Part shown: piece by piece, positions 14,661-28,486 of the stretch
Layout of the letters: each line of letters starts with the position of its first letter
Numbering within the stretch: the first letter of the stretch is position 1
Source of the DNA: Octopus bimaculoides
Lineage: Eukaryota
DNA length: 64,000 nt
NCBI RefSeq assembly: GCF_001194135.2
Contig: NC_068999.1
Location: forward strand, 40,572,106 to 40,636,105
Reading direction: 5' to 3'
The notes under the pieces: generated by a model
The model's input: only the letters and a program-made list of their open reading frames with translations
The model's database searches: none
Told to the model about the DNA's origin: nothing
Made by a program: the position numbers and the translations under genes

Positions 14661-15900
14661 AAAACATACACATATAAAGACAAACAGACAATGAAAGAGA
14701 GAGAGACAGACTGACAGAAAGTGAGTGAGGGAAAATAATGAGTTGTAATATATAATATTCCATTCTGATTTTTTAAAAGAAAAATGCAGGAAAAAAATCA
14801 ACTCCCAAAAGCTAAAAAAGAAAAAGAATCTAGTTGCAGTAACAACAACAACAACAGCAGCAGCANNNNNNNNNNNNNNNNNNNNNNNNNNNNNNNNNNN
14901 NNNNNNNNNNNNNNNNNNNNNNNNNNNNNNNNNNNNNNNNNNNNNNNNNNNNNNNNNNNNNNNNNNNNNNNNNNNNNNNNNNNNNNNNNNNNNNNNNNNN
15001 NNNNNNNNNNNNNNNNNNNNNNNNNNNNNNNNNNNNNNNNNNNNNNNNNNNNNNNNNNNNNNNNNNNNNNNNNNNNNNNNNNNNNNNNNNNNNNNNNNNN
15101 NNNNNNNNNNNNNNNNNNNNNNNNNNNNNNNNNNNNNNNNNNNNNNNNNNNNNNNNNNNNNNNNNNNNNNNNNNNNNNNNNNNNNNNNTAAAAAAGAAAA
15201 AGAATCTAGTTGCAGTAACAACAACAACAACAGCAGCAGCAGCCCTCATCATCATAACCACCAACACAAAATACAGCATCTATATTTTTTGTTTCCCTAC
15301 AAACTTTATTATTTTTTTTTCATTCTCTTGTAAACTTTCCTTCTCTATTTCTCACGTCTGTTTTCTCCCGTTTACATCTATTTTTTTCCTATTCATATAT
15401 TCCTATCTATATCTTTCATTTCTTTTACTATATTCCTTCAAGATGTACTTTTATTTTCTTCATTTCCATGTCATATTTTATTTATTTTCTTATTCATTTC
15501 TTTCCTTTTCTTTCTTTTTTTTTCTAATTTTATGGTTTTCTTTCTGAAATTCGTTTTATCTTTCTTTTTTTTCTTTTCGTATTTTTTATTTCTTTTTTTC
15601 GTTTCAGCTGTCCTTAAACATTGCTAGAGATACATATATTGATATTTGCGGTCATCGATGAGAAATGTTTGTTTTATTTGAATACTATTAGTACTAATAA
15701 AGATGATACTTGTTCAGAAACGTGTTACTATTCACAGTTTTGTCGATAGAAAGGAGCAGATTATTACACCTACTTTAGTTTGATATATAAGAATGCATAA
15801 TGCGTATTGGTGAGTTTATGTGTTCAAATACGTACGAATACATATATAAATATATATACACATTCATAATGCGAGAGAGTTAGGGGTTGAATACACATTC

Positions 15901-15953
<53 letters not shown>

Positions 15954-16249
15954 CACTGATGCGTTGTATAGATCTAACTTTCATGTTCAGTTGAACAGTT
16001 TTCAGTAATTTCCAGTTATTAAGTTCGGTACATCAGATAACGTAATAAAAACTGACAAGACCAAAACTAGACAAGACATGACAACACAATACATTCACTA
16101 AACAATCCCAACTTTTCCATCTTCCAATTTTCCATTCCATTCCATTCTTATTCTTCAAATTGAAAATCGTCTTATTCACAGCAATTATAGCAATTTCGTT
16201 TGTGTTCATTTATTTACTCGTACGTTTTGGTAGAACTTCTTCAAAATTT

Positions 16250-16286
16250 GCACCGTGTAAACGACAACAACCACCACCACCACCAA

Positions 16287-16346
<60 letters not shown>

Positions 16347-16760
16347 CACTATTGTAGAACCATCGTTAACCCCATCACCATTTTTGTATCTTTTTACCAT
16401 CGGCACCATTATCACTACAACCAAATTGATCATCGACATACACCATGCTAGCACCAGCACTGCCGATACCACCACCATCAACGCAACCATTGCTATCACT
16501 ATCACCGACACCACCGCTATCGCCGCTACATACATTTGCTATTACCAGCAGCACCAGCAACACCATCACCAGCAACACCAACACCAACACCACCGCCACA
16601 ATTGCCTCTGTCTTAGCCAAACCTACCAACATCTATATCACTAATACTACCATTAACACTGTAACGATTACCACGAACGACAGTAACAGCAACATCAACA
16701 ACATTAACTACATATTACGCCACCACCACCAACCCTGCCAACACAAATTCCACCGTAAGC
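16250..16760. repeat. (ACT)n plus degenerate (CAC/CAA)n triplet repeat
   Basis: Read directly; low-complexity triplet region. Confidence 0.85.
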
Positions 16761-16999
16761 ACATTAATTCTTACATTTTGCAGTTCACGCACTTCATTGG
16801 AAATACAGAGAACAAATAGGTTCAGAGAGAAATTAGTGTTTTATTATCAGTCTGGTAAGACACGTGTCTTCGGCAATGAAACTCTATTGTTTTGCAGCTG
16901 GCCTAATCGATAATGTCTCGGAAAATAGACAGTATAGGAGCGAAACAAACGTAAATCTTAATATTTTGCTTATCGATCACTGACTCTGTGAATGGAGCG

Positions 17000-17800
17000 T
17001 TTACGACGTTTGGCTGCATCAACAATCAATGAATGACACTCTAGTGTTTCAGCGATCATAATGTGGGGATGATCCGAGGTCATGAAACTAGGCTGACCTA
17101 TGTATTGACCTTTGGCTGTATGAAGATCATGATCCTAAGATGTATATCTGGTCAAGATGCTGGCGTTTCTACGACCACCAAACGTCATTGCACTACATCA
17201 CCGATCACTGCCATAGAACTTTATCTTGAACAAGATGCAATGATCTTTATGTCGGGTTAGAAAGATTCAGCTGTAACAACGATCAGCGATAATGAGCAGT
17301 AACAAAGAGGAAAAACAATGAACTGTATCAACGATCACAATACTGAGGCGTATGGAAGAACACAACATGCTACTGTATCAAAAATTGCGATACCAGCTTT
17401 TTTGCAACGATCAAAACTACGACCTGTATCACAGACTCCCGCGCACAATCGGTCACAAACTCATTAGAATTATCACTGTTAGTAATCAGTGTCACTCAGT
17501 CTGTAATCAATCACAAATCTCTACTATTTAAACGCATTATTCACCATCACAATCTTTGATTCTATCAATAATCACAGTGCGAATTAATCAGCAAACAACT
17601 TCCGTGATCGGTATTTCAGAAATACGAGTTCTATCAACGATCGCAAGTTATGCAACTTCCAGCATTATAAAGCGGATCGCAATTAAACATTGAAACACCA
17701 AAGTGCGTTCGCATTGACAATGCGAGGCTCTGTCACCGAAAACAACAGCAAACTGTGTCCGCAATCACTGCCAACGTCAAGCGTTTGACATTTCACTGGC
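17000..17800. repeat. Highly degenerate minisatellite-like region (recurring CTGTATCAACGATCACAA-type motif)
   Basis: Recurring variants: ACTGTATCAACGATCACAATAC, ACTGTATCAAAAATTGCGATAC, TGCAACGATCAAAACTAC, CTGTAATCAATCACAAATC, TTCTATCAATAATCACAGT, TTCTATCAACGATCGCAAGT. Confidence 0.5.
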
Positions 17801-18689
17801 CCGAATCACTTGGCGATGAGAGTGGATAAGATAGTCAGGAGAAAGTGAAAGATTCTAATTTTATTGACTGATGTGTTACAGATAAGAATCAAATCTCAAT
17901 CACATCATACCTTATCGTCTTCAAGACTGACAAATAAGTATTGAGTAATGTAGTTTTAGACTGAATCTCACAGGTAGAGAAAAGAGGTGATGGTTACGGC
18001 TAGAATGCCTTCGATCACAGAATGTTCTATCAGACATGTATTGCAGTTAAACAACAGCAACAAATGTTGTATTACATGTCTTCTATCGATATTGATAAAC
18101 TATTATGAAGAGAATGAACGTTAGGTATATGGTTGTATGAGAATGTAGGTTAATTTGCCATATTGCTTGTGTCTGTATGTCTGTGTGCGTTTCTCTGTGT
18201 GCGTTTGTTCGTGCGTGTGCTTGCATGAATGTGTATTTCCGCGTGTGTGTATGTGTGCAATTAGCTGTGTATGAGTGGATGATTGAGTATGTGTGTTCAT
18301 GTTCGCCTGTGGGCTCCTGTCTTTATGTTTCGTCATTTATATTTTACTCCTTTCAGTTATAAACATGAGACCATTCTGTAATCGAAGAAATCAGCCACAT
18401 TACTTATTGTCTTATGTTTGAGATATATTCTCCAAGATTACATAACAGTTGACTGTTATTTCGAGAAGGAGATGCGACAAGACATCATGAATGTCTCTCG
18501 TCAGCATAGGCAGTATGTCTGTACTTACAGAGAATATTTGAGAAAAGGTTTATAACTGCCTACATGTGTTTCGATGCACGGTGCTACGATGTGCCCTTTC
18601 TGTCCACTTTACAAGCAACAATGAGTAGTATTTGCCATTTCGAAAGGCCAGCCTTTTCACATTCTGTGTCTCGCTAAAGCTCCTTGAGA

Positions 18690-18830
18690 ACAACGTTAAG
18701 TGTATGCGTGCCTGTGCAGTGCTCAGCCAATTGCAAATTAATTTCGCGACTAAGGTCTTATGTTGATCGGATTAACTGGAACCTTCGTCGTTGTATCCGG
18801 CGGAGTAACCTTTTTCTAATCATTCGCCAT
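18690..18830 (+). mobile_element. Dispersed SINE-like repeat (family C), 3' portion
   Basis: Similar to 6670-6786. Confidence 0.5.
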
Positions 18831-18859
18831 GCCTCACTACTGAAATCTACAAGTTCTCA

Positions 18860-19010
18860 TTCTTTCTCTGTTTATTTTCTCTTATGCCATTCTGCTGAAG
18901 AGCGTAGGCTCGAAACGTAAAAGACTTTTTCATTTTCCCATGAGTCAAACTAATAAACTTGCTTGTTGTTCATAAACCTGTCTTCGTCTTTTGTTTTTTC
19001 TATAAATTTC
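18860..19010 (+). mobile_element. Penelope-like element terminal fragment, family 2
   Basis: Paralogous to 13545-13690 and carries the same hammerhead-like motif. Confidence 0.55.
18887..18924 (+). ncRNA. Minimal type-I hammerhead ribozyme motif, A6C core variant, stem I degraded
   Basis: CCATT-CTGCTGA-A-GAGC-GTAG-GCTC-GAAAC-GTA-AAAGA. Stem II is perfect and the triplet is GUA, but stem I has only about 2 bp. Confidence 0.45.
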
Positions 19011-19253
19011 CACTATATGTGTCTGTATATGTATATATATTCATACACATACATACATTTATATGTCTATCTATATTTACATTTGCACGTATGTGTGAGT
19101 GTGTGTGTGTGTATGTAAGAGTGTATGTGTGGAGTGTGGACGTATGCATATAATTACGTATATCGTATTCATTTATTAATAGATATGTAGATTGTCTTCA
19201 TCTTTATACTGCATATACTACGAATATGAGGCAAGCATCACGCACACACACAG

Positions 19254-19299
<46 letters not shown>

Positions 19300-19308
19300 A
19301 TGTGTGTT

Positions 19309-19339
<31 letters not shown>

Positions 19340-19471
19340 ATATATGCATATCTATATATATGTATGCATATACATATATACATACTTATGTGTGTGGGTA
19401 TACATAGAGACATCTATATGTTGTTAGCGTGTGTTAGCGTATTTAATTAGAGAGTATGTATGTGTGTATAT

Positions 19472-19511
<40 letters not shown>

Positions 19512-19849
19512 ATATATATATATATATATATATNNNNNNNNNNNNNNNNNNNNNNNNNNNNNNNNNNNNNNNNNNNNNNNNNNNNNNNNNNNNNNNNNNN
19601 NNNNNNNNNNNNNNNNNNNNNNNNNNNNNNNNNNNNNNNNNNNNNNNNNNNNNNNNNNNNNNNNNNNNNNNNNNNNNNNNNNNNNNNNNNNNNNNNNNNN
19701 NNNNNNNNNNNNNNNNNNNNNNNNNNNNNNNNNNNNNNNNNNNNNNNNNNNNNNNNNNNNNNNNNNNNNNNNNNNNNNNNNNNNNNNNNNNNNNNNNNNN
19801 NNNNNNNNNNNNNNNNNNNNNNNNNNNNNNNNNNNNNNNNNNNNNNNNN

Positions 19850-19903
<54 letters not shown>

Positions 19904-20506
19904 TCTCGATTTCTCTTATATCCCCAACATCAAAACCCGACCCACATTCGGTGCAAAACTGGAAACTATTTTTCCATATTGCCAATCTTGTTGCTTCTGC
20001 TGCTGCTACGGCCCCTGCCACTCTGGCTGTTGTTGTTTTCGTTCTTGCTGTTCTTCTTCTTTCTAGCGTTTATTCTGCCGTAGATGTTGTTGTTGGCGAT
20101 GTTACTGTAGTAACTGACGGAGTTGTTTCTCTTTTCTACTTTGCCCCTCCTGATGTTCTTTGTCGTATTATTCGTGTTGTTATTGCTATCGAGAATCTTT
20201 TACCTAGTAATGCTTCACCTACGACTGATGAGATCCCACGACCAGCGACCTGCCACCTTTGACCAATCCACTTTTAATATTTATTTTGACCAGCATGCAT
20301 CTCTCTGTTTTAACGTTTCATTTCTCGTGACACGACGTGGTTTATTTCAGGAAATCTAGCTCTGTCTTTCAGCATATCAAGCAATCACGCTGAGTGCAGG
20401 TCATTCATTCTATTCAAGCATTATTATATTATTTGTTTTGTTATTTGTTGTCATTGTTTACGTTTGCTGCTTTGTAATTTTGTTTGGAGTAGGTTTTGTT
20501 GTTGGC

Positions 20507-20589
<83 letters not shown>

Positions 20590-20590
20590 C

Positions 20591-20622
<32 letters not shown>

Positions 20623-20705
20623 TTTAGTCGAATGAATCGGTCGAGTAGTTTTAAGCGTAGGTATTTATTCTATCTCTATCCTTTGACAGACAGCTATGTC
20701 ACAGG

Positions 20706-20783
20706 GATGTAAAGACATCAACACTGGTTGACAAGCGATGGAGGAGGACAAGAACACACACACACACACACGCACACACACAC

Positions 20784-20861
<78 letters not shown>

Positions 20862-21010
20862 GACGGGCTTCTTTCAGTTTCCGGCTACTAAATCCACTAG
20901 TCAGCCTGAGGCAGTAGTGGAAGACGTTCGCCCAAGGTAGCACGCAGTGAGACTGAACTCGGAACCATGTGGTAGGGAAGAAAGCTTCTTACCACGCAAC
21001 CTCGCCTGCG
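20706..21010 (-). mobile_element. tRNA-headed SINE family B copy with internal (CA)/(TA) microsatellite
   Basis: Reverse complement reads GCAGGCGAGGTTGCGTGGTAAGAAGCTT...CATGGTTCCGAGTTCAGTCTCACTGCGTG...CTTGGGCGAACGTCTTCCACTA. Homologous to 28487-28878 and 30681-31330. Confidence 0.8.
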
Positions 21011-22330
21011 TAAACTGTCGCTGTAATATTTGTTCCACCCACTCATTACTTCGCTACCAAATTCCTCGAAGTATAAATTTTACTGATGCAGTCACATCTG
21101 GTTTTCTCTCTTCGATCAATTCTTGTATTTATTCTCTTTGTTCCTTATTCTCTATTTCTGATGCAACCGAGAGAAATTGATACGGAAGACCATTAACACA
21201 TAAATTGCGAAATGTGCAACAACAAGAGGTTGCGTGTCAATCTATCTAGACTCTCGACCATCTAAAACTATCAGCCAAATCTATCTCCATCAGACATCAC
21301 CCAAATATCTTGTGAAAGAACGCAAACAATAATGTGTTGCACTGAGATAGATAATTACTGAAAATGTGATTAGAAAGTGGTGGACTTCAACCTGAAACAT
21401 GCACACGAAGACACACACCCAGTATATTATTCTGTATGTATTTTGGGGTAATTCATCAGGATAAACTCGCTTCACATACTAGAAATAGCAATCAACTCAC
21501 TCATGTAAGGATACTATCGTATACAATGATTTTATAAATATTTTTTTTTTGTAAAATGCATATATTTTCACACATACACACATGTGTACACACATAAATA
21601 TTTCTGTGTTTCGAGAAACAGACGAAGGGAAAAGGAGAGATTGGTAGCTATACATGCATTCAAGACTGTATTCTACATGTACGTCTTTATGTTTGTCTAT
21701 ATGTTTCGACGATGGTTATCTGCAGTGCAAACAAATGTAAGATATAGACCAGTGAATCAATGTTAGAAATTTGTAAGGGATGATGATGTGGCTCATCAGT
21801 TCAATAAATGTATTTTACTGAGGTAAGGAATCCAGTTTTAATTTCTCAACCTTGTACCAATGAATACATATTGATCTGCAGCGGGTATAGAACTGTGAAG
21901 TAATTCTTACGATCAGCAATCCGATGACCATATCGATTCTATAACAGTTTTGGTTATTATTATCTACTGAAAGCCGTCTTCAAATTTCTGAGAAAATTTT
22001 AGGTCGCTCACGCTCAACTTATTTCTTGTCTGGTGCATCCTATTTCATCGATCTCGGTCACATATGAAAAGTAAAATTGACATTGTTAACATTCAAAATC
22101 AGAAAGGAGATTAATTACATTCGAAATGCGGGAAGCCATTTTTGCCAACGCTTCTATAAGTCAACCGATTTCCATGACGTCACATTAACCAAATGAATGA
22201 GGAAAGACAAATTTGACATTGGCGACATTCAAACTGAGGACGGAAGGGACGTTAATCACAGCACTGCTTTATATTTCGTTCAACGTCTACTAACTTTGGA
22301 AAGTAACTGCTTCTTCATTATTTGCATTAG

Positions 22331-22540
22331 TTACATTTGACGGATATTTGTCTTCATCTTGTTTGTTGTTAACTCAACGTTTGAGAACCCAGGTTCGAAA
22401 TTTCCCCAAGATACCTGATGAAGGCTGGAGGGTATATCAGTCGAAACGTTGTGTTAACAACAAACAAGACGAGGACAAATATCCGTCAATTGTAAATAAG
22501 GTACATAATTCTTCATCTCTTAAATATAGAACTGTATTGA
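22331..22540 (+). mobile_element. Penelope-like element pLTR fragment (family 1) with an inverted partial copy
   Basis: 52-bp inverted repeat 22331-22382 / 22444-22495 (4 mismatches) bracketing a hammerhead motif. Inverted partial pLTRs and hammerheads are established PLE hallmarks. Confidence 0.65.
22410..22455 (+). ncRNA. Minimal type-I hammerhead ribozyme with intact catalytic core
   Basis: GATAC-CTGATGA-A-GGCTG-GAGGGTATAT-CAGTC-GAAAC-GTT-GTGTT: stem I GATAC/GTGTT (with G-U pairs), stem II GGCTG/CAGTC, palindromic AACGTT stem III and a GUU cleavage triplet. Confidence 0.75.
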
Positions 22541-25500
22541 CCGCCTCATTATTTTATTAATGCCTAAAACGTAAAGTTGACATTGGAGGCACTGGAAATT
22601 AGAAAGGCTTTATTCCAAATACTTTTAGCTAGGACTTTCAATGCTATATTCGCAAGTAGTACCAGCTATATCTCCCCCATAGGCAAAAAGCAAAGTGACT
22701 TTAATCTGAAAGTTGTAAAATATTTTAAACTATGTTCTACCAATAACGATGGTTTTCATGAGTGTTAGTTATTTTATAGACCCGAGGAAGTTCCAAAGAT
22801 AAAATTAAAATTAACATTGGCGTGATTAGAAATCAAATCAGAGAACGTCATAATTAAATACCACAGGAGAAATTTTATCCTGGTGATATACACATTCTAC
22901 CAATCCACGTACCATATTCACACAAAATCCTGTCATTGACGTCAAGAAATATATCGAGTGAGAACAAGAATGAACATCAAAAATACCAAACTATATAATT
23001 TCGTAATGAAAACATTTTAACATTTATTCTTCTCTCTTATTTAAAAAAAATAAAACGGTGAAAATAACATTAAACATAACAAGAGAAAAACAACTGCAAC
23101 AACAATAAAATACAAGCAAGTATAACAAGAAAAATTAAATTAAAACTAAACATATAAACTAGAACAAAAAGAGCATCTTTTTCTCTTTGTTTCCCTCTCT
23201 TTCTTCTATATTCCATTTCCACTGTTTTACATTCGTGTTCCCTCTTACACTTTTTCTCCCTATCTTTCTATATTTTCATTACTTCTCTTGTACTCTCGAC
23301 CACTTTTCCTTCATACTATCCTTCACACTCTCTTTCTCTCTCTTTCTTACTCTCTTCCACCCATACACTTTACGATTTTTCTTTTCTTTGTTTTTTTCTT
23401 TTCATTCTTTCTGAAAAGATAGTCGTATTTTAATTATGATTGCATCCTTATTAATTAAAATCCACGCAACGTATGTTGAAAATTTATGAAGTAACAAATA
23501 TATAAAAAAATACATTATTCAAACAACACAACACACACAAATACAATAACATCGACAACACTACAAAAACAAAATGACAACAAGCGAAAATGAATATATA
23601 AATAATGTATTTGTTACAAAGATAAAGAAAATATACAAAAAAAAATATATTAAAATATAGTTTAATTGTCATATACTATTGAAAGTCTTGATTGTTAGAA
23701 CGTCTTATTGCTTAAGGGGCAAGCAGACATCTTGTTTTTTTATCTCTTCAATTTTTTGTGTGTATGAGTGCGTGAGTAAATACAGACATACGTATATACA
23801 TATATACATACATATATACATATGCATATATATATATATATATANNNNNNNNNNNNNNNNNNNNNNNNNNNNNNNNNNNNNNNNNNNNNNNNNNNNNNNN
23901 NNNNNNNNNNNNNNNNNNNNNNNNNNNNNNNNNNNNNNNNNNNNNNNNNNNNNNNNNNNNNNNNNNNNNNNNNNNNNNNNNNNNNNNNNNNNNNNNNNNN
24001 NNNNNNNNNNNNNNNNNNNNNNNNNNNNNNNNNNNNNNNNNNNNNNNNNNNNNNNNNNNNNNNNNNNNNNNNNNNNNNNNNNNNNNNNNNNNNNNNNNNN
24101 NNNNNNNNNNNNNNNNNNNNNNNNNNNNNNNNNNNNNNNNNNNNNNNNNNNNNNNNNNNNNNNNNNNNNNNNNNNNNNNNNNNNNNNNNNNNNNNNNNNN
24201 NNNNNNNNNNNNNNNNNNNNNNNNNNNNNNNNNNNNNNNNNNNNNNNNNNNNNNNNNNNNNNNNNNNNNNNNNNNNNNNNNNNNNNNNNNNNNNNNNNNN
24301 NNNNNNNNNNNNNNNNNNNNNNNNNNNNNNNNNNNNNNNNNNNNNNNNNNNNNNNNNNNNNNNNNNNNNNNNNNNNNNNNNNNNNNNNNNNNNNNNNNNN
24401 NNNNNNNNNNNNNNNNNNNNNNNNNNNNNNNNNNNNNNNNNNNNNNNNNNNNNNNNNNNNNNNNNNNNNNNNNNNNNNNNNNNNNNNNNNNNNNNNNNNN
24501 NNNNNNNNNNNNNNNNNNNNNNNNNNNNNNNNNNNNNNNNNNNNNNNNNNNNNNNNNNNNNNNNNNNNNNNNNNNNNNNNNNNNNNNNNNNNNNNNNNNN
24601 NNNNNNNNNNNNNNNNNNNNNNNNNNNNNNNNNNNNNNNNNNNNNNNNNNNNNNNNNNNNNNNNNNNNNNNNNNNNNNNNNNNNNNNNNNNNNNTATATA
24701 TACATATATATATATGTGTGTGTGTACTTATGTTTGTATGTCTGTATGCATGTATGTACACGTACATATATATATAGGTACTACTGACATATATACATAT
24801 ACACATATAGACGACCGTATTGAACGTGTATGGATATATATACTTACATATTTACAAAGAAAAAATGATAATGCTAATGTACAATCTTTGAAAGTCTTTT
24901 CCTTATGGCGACTTCTTTAGATTTCAATAAGATAAAAAATGATGCTTCGTTCCGATAAAGCAATCACTTTTAAATGTGTATATACTTATATAGATGTGTA
25001 TAAATGGCTGTATGTATGATTACGTATACCTGCGTATACATATATAGATATTTCTCTCAGTTTGTATATATATATATATATATATATGAATATACAGATA
25101 TGTCCATATATGCATACATAATTACACATATACATATGTTTGTTTGTGAGCAAGTGTGTGCATATGTCTTGTGTGTGTTCAACTGTGTGTGCTCATATCT
25201 CTTTCTTATCACGTTTTGTTGAGCGTGTGTGCGTGCATTTGTGTGTCAAATTTTATTTGCTTCCGTTCCTTTTGTGTTTGTGTTGTTGTTCATGTGGGAG
25301 TGTGTATGTTTGTGCGTGTGTGCTTTTACTTGTGGTTCGGCGATTGTTTGGGTATATGTTTGTCTCTATGCTCTGTGTTCGTTTGTTTGTGTACGTGTAT
25401 CTGTGCATGCGTGTGGTTACATTCTTTGTGGTTTGCCGAAACTAGACTAACGTCGGTATAAATTTCCATGAAATGCAAATGAAAAATTGTACAGAGAAAT

Positions 25501-26028
25501 GGCGTTGAAATCTGAAGGAATAATTCCATTGATACGAAGATTAGAGGATTTTCTGTTTTTTACCTTGGCGAATCTTTTCCTTGGGTAATAGACTGTTATT
25601 TGTCAGTTTTTTTTTTTTGTATTTTATACTTGTTCTTGCCATTTTATGATTATCTGTTTCATGTCAAAAACTCTTGTTGGGATTCCGTTGAATCGAAGAT
25701 TAAGATACACGCCAAACACATCATAAGCGATACCAAGAACACACGCATACATGCAGCATATGCGTACCGATATATGCATATATATATATATATATNNNNN
25801 NNNNNNNNNNNNNNNNNNNNNNNNNNNNNNNNNNNNNNNNNNNNNNNNNNNNNNNNNNNNNNNNNNNNNNNNNNNNNNNNNNNNNNNNNNNNNNNNNNNN
25901 NNNNNNNNNNNNNNNNNNNNNNNNNNNNNNNNNNNNNNNNNNNNNNNNNNNNNNNNNNNNNNNNNNNNNNNNNNNNNNNNNNNNTATATACATATATTTA
26001 GATATGTATGTATCTATATATATATATA

Positions 26029-26077
<49 letters not shown>

Positions 26078-26326
26078 ACATACGCACACACATATGCATA
26101 TATGTGCGTGTATGTGTGTATGTATGTATAGAGAGAGATACAAATATTTATAAAAGTATATATATATATGTCTGTATATATACATATATATACATATATA
26201 TACATATATATACACATGTATACATATACATAAATATATGTAAATATATAAATGCATTTATATATGTATATACATATATGCATATAAATACTTGCATATA
26301 GGCGTGTGCATGTCTGTGAATGTGCT

Positions 26327-26359
<33 letters not shown>

Positions 26360-27958
26360 GTGTATGTGTGCGCGCGCACTTGCGCTCGCGCGTATGTGTG
26401 TTTAAGCGGGGGATTGTAATTGATATCTTTTTACTTAATTATATACTTGCCAGAAATGAAGTAAAAAGTTTAGAAAAATTTAATAGTATCTTATGGAAGG
26501 TGGGAGAAGTTCAATTAACTAAACGTTGTTGCTATCTGTTCTTGTAGGTGAGTGGCTCAAAATGCGCTCTTTGCCATACGAAATATGTTTCACTATTGTT
26601 CTACATCTCCATCATAAATAACTCTCTAAATTTGGAGATCTGTTCAACCAATACAGATCAAAATACTCACAATCGAAAGATCTGCGCCCACTAAGCAGTT
26701 GATAATATGAATTTTCTTCCTCTCAAGAACCCTCAAGACTAGCATTAAATTGTTCTGAGTTCCTCATACCTATCTTTATATATTTTTAGTATCGGTCATC
26801 CTTACATTCCATCCATAAAGAGAAAAAAAAAACATGCCTGTATAATTAAAGATGAAGCATTGGTGTAACAGTGGTGTTTTGTTCATCAGTGGATTAGCTT
26901 TCTTTCCCTGCACTGATTTGTAAATACTCAATTGTAATCTATAATGTGGAGAATGCATATTAGAGCAGACCTGCAAACACAATTTATTATACACTGAAAT
27001 TATTATTATATGGAAAGGGCTGCGAAACCATCGTTAGCCTAACGATGGTAAATGGTTGAATAGATGCATTCACCTCTCATACTTCCTGATCATTTATGAT
27101 TTATGTCAGTAGCATTGAACTCTCCATTATGCATTTTATGAATTGAATTAGTATGTCGTCTGCTAGCCGACTCTGCTTGAGGAGCTTCCTCTGTTAGCCA
27201 CACGATTGTATGAATCGATATATATATATATATACAAATATATATATATNNNNNNNNNNNNNNNNNNNNNNNNNNNNNNNNNNNNNNNNNNNNNNNNNNN
27301 NNNNNNNNNNNNNNNNNNNNNNNNNNNNNNNNNNNNNNNNNNNNNNNNNNNNNNNNNNNNNNNNNNNNNNNNNNNNNNNNNNNNNNNNNNNNNNNNNNNN
27401 NNNNNNNNNNNNNNNNNNNNNNNNNNNNNNNNNNNNNNNNNNNNNNNNNNNNNNNNNNNNNNNNNNNNNNNNNNNATATATATACATAAGTATGCAGTAT
27501 ACATGTACGTACGTATGTACATACATGCATACATAATACATACATAGATAGATACATGCATACATACATTTACATATACATATGTGTATATGCATATGCG
27601 GATGTATGCGAAATGAAACTGAACTAAGAGGAATAACACAGACTGGCTAGAAGCAAGATTCAAGTGAACACAGACTAAGATATTCTGAATGACATAAGAG
27701 ATAAAATTATTGATTCATGGAAGATATCTCCGTTTCATGATCAATTAAACAAAAGCCTGACGGTGATTGATTCCGATCTTGACTGAGATACTGTGAATCT
27801 AAAGGCAGCAAACATTCTCATCAATTAACATGGATTAACATGCCCTTAACTACAAGGTTTATTTCCTCTGGAGTCAAGACCATAGATGTGAGCACGTGCT
27901 TCAGCTGTCCAATAGTGCCGTCACCAATGCACTATCCTTTCTCTTACGCATCTACACC

Positions 27959-27989
<31 letters not shown>

Positions 27990-28366
27990 CAGTCTGTCTG
28001 TAGGTGTATGTGTGTGTGTGGGGGATGCGCGTTTTATGTCAAAATGGTTACGATTTTTCCAGTTCAGACTATCATAGAGTCTGCCTGAGTGCAAAAAAGG
28101 AGTAACAAGTGTACTGCTTCTTACTCAAACAATCATCGCATCATTCATTAATTAGCTAATAATTATTAAGCACTCTGCTGTAATATATTTACCACAGAGT
28201 AAATAATAGCAAGAACAACAACAACAACAACAACAATGATGATAATAATACTGAATGAAGAATAAAGATGATGATTTTCTAGATAGACAGATAGATAGAT
28301 AGACAGATAGATAGACAGATAGATAGACAGATAGATAGACAGATAGATAGATAGATAGATAAATAA

Positions 28367-28425
<59 letters not shown>

Positions 28426-28486
28426 TATTCATTCATTCAATCGTAGATATAGACATATACATATTTTTTTTAATTTTATTTTATTT

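Noticed and set aside
14810-15245. Direct repeat of about 55 bp (TAAAAAAGAAAAAGAATCTAGTTGCAGTAACAAC...) at both sides of a gap
   Set aside because: Identical sequence on both contig ends is typical of an unmerged overlap, so this is likely an assembly artefact.
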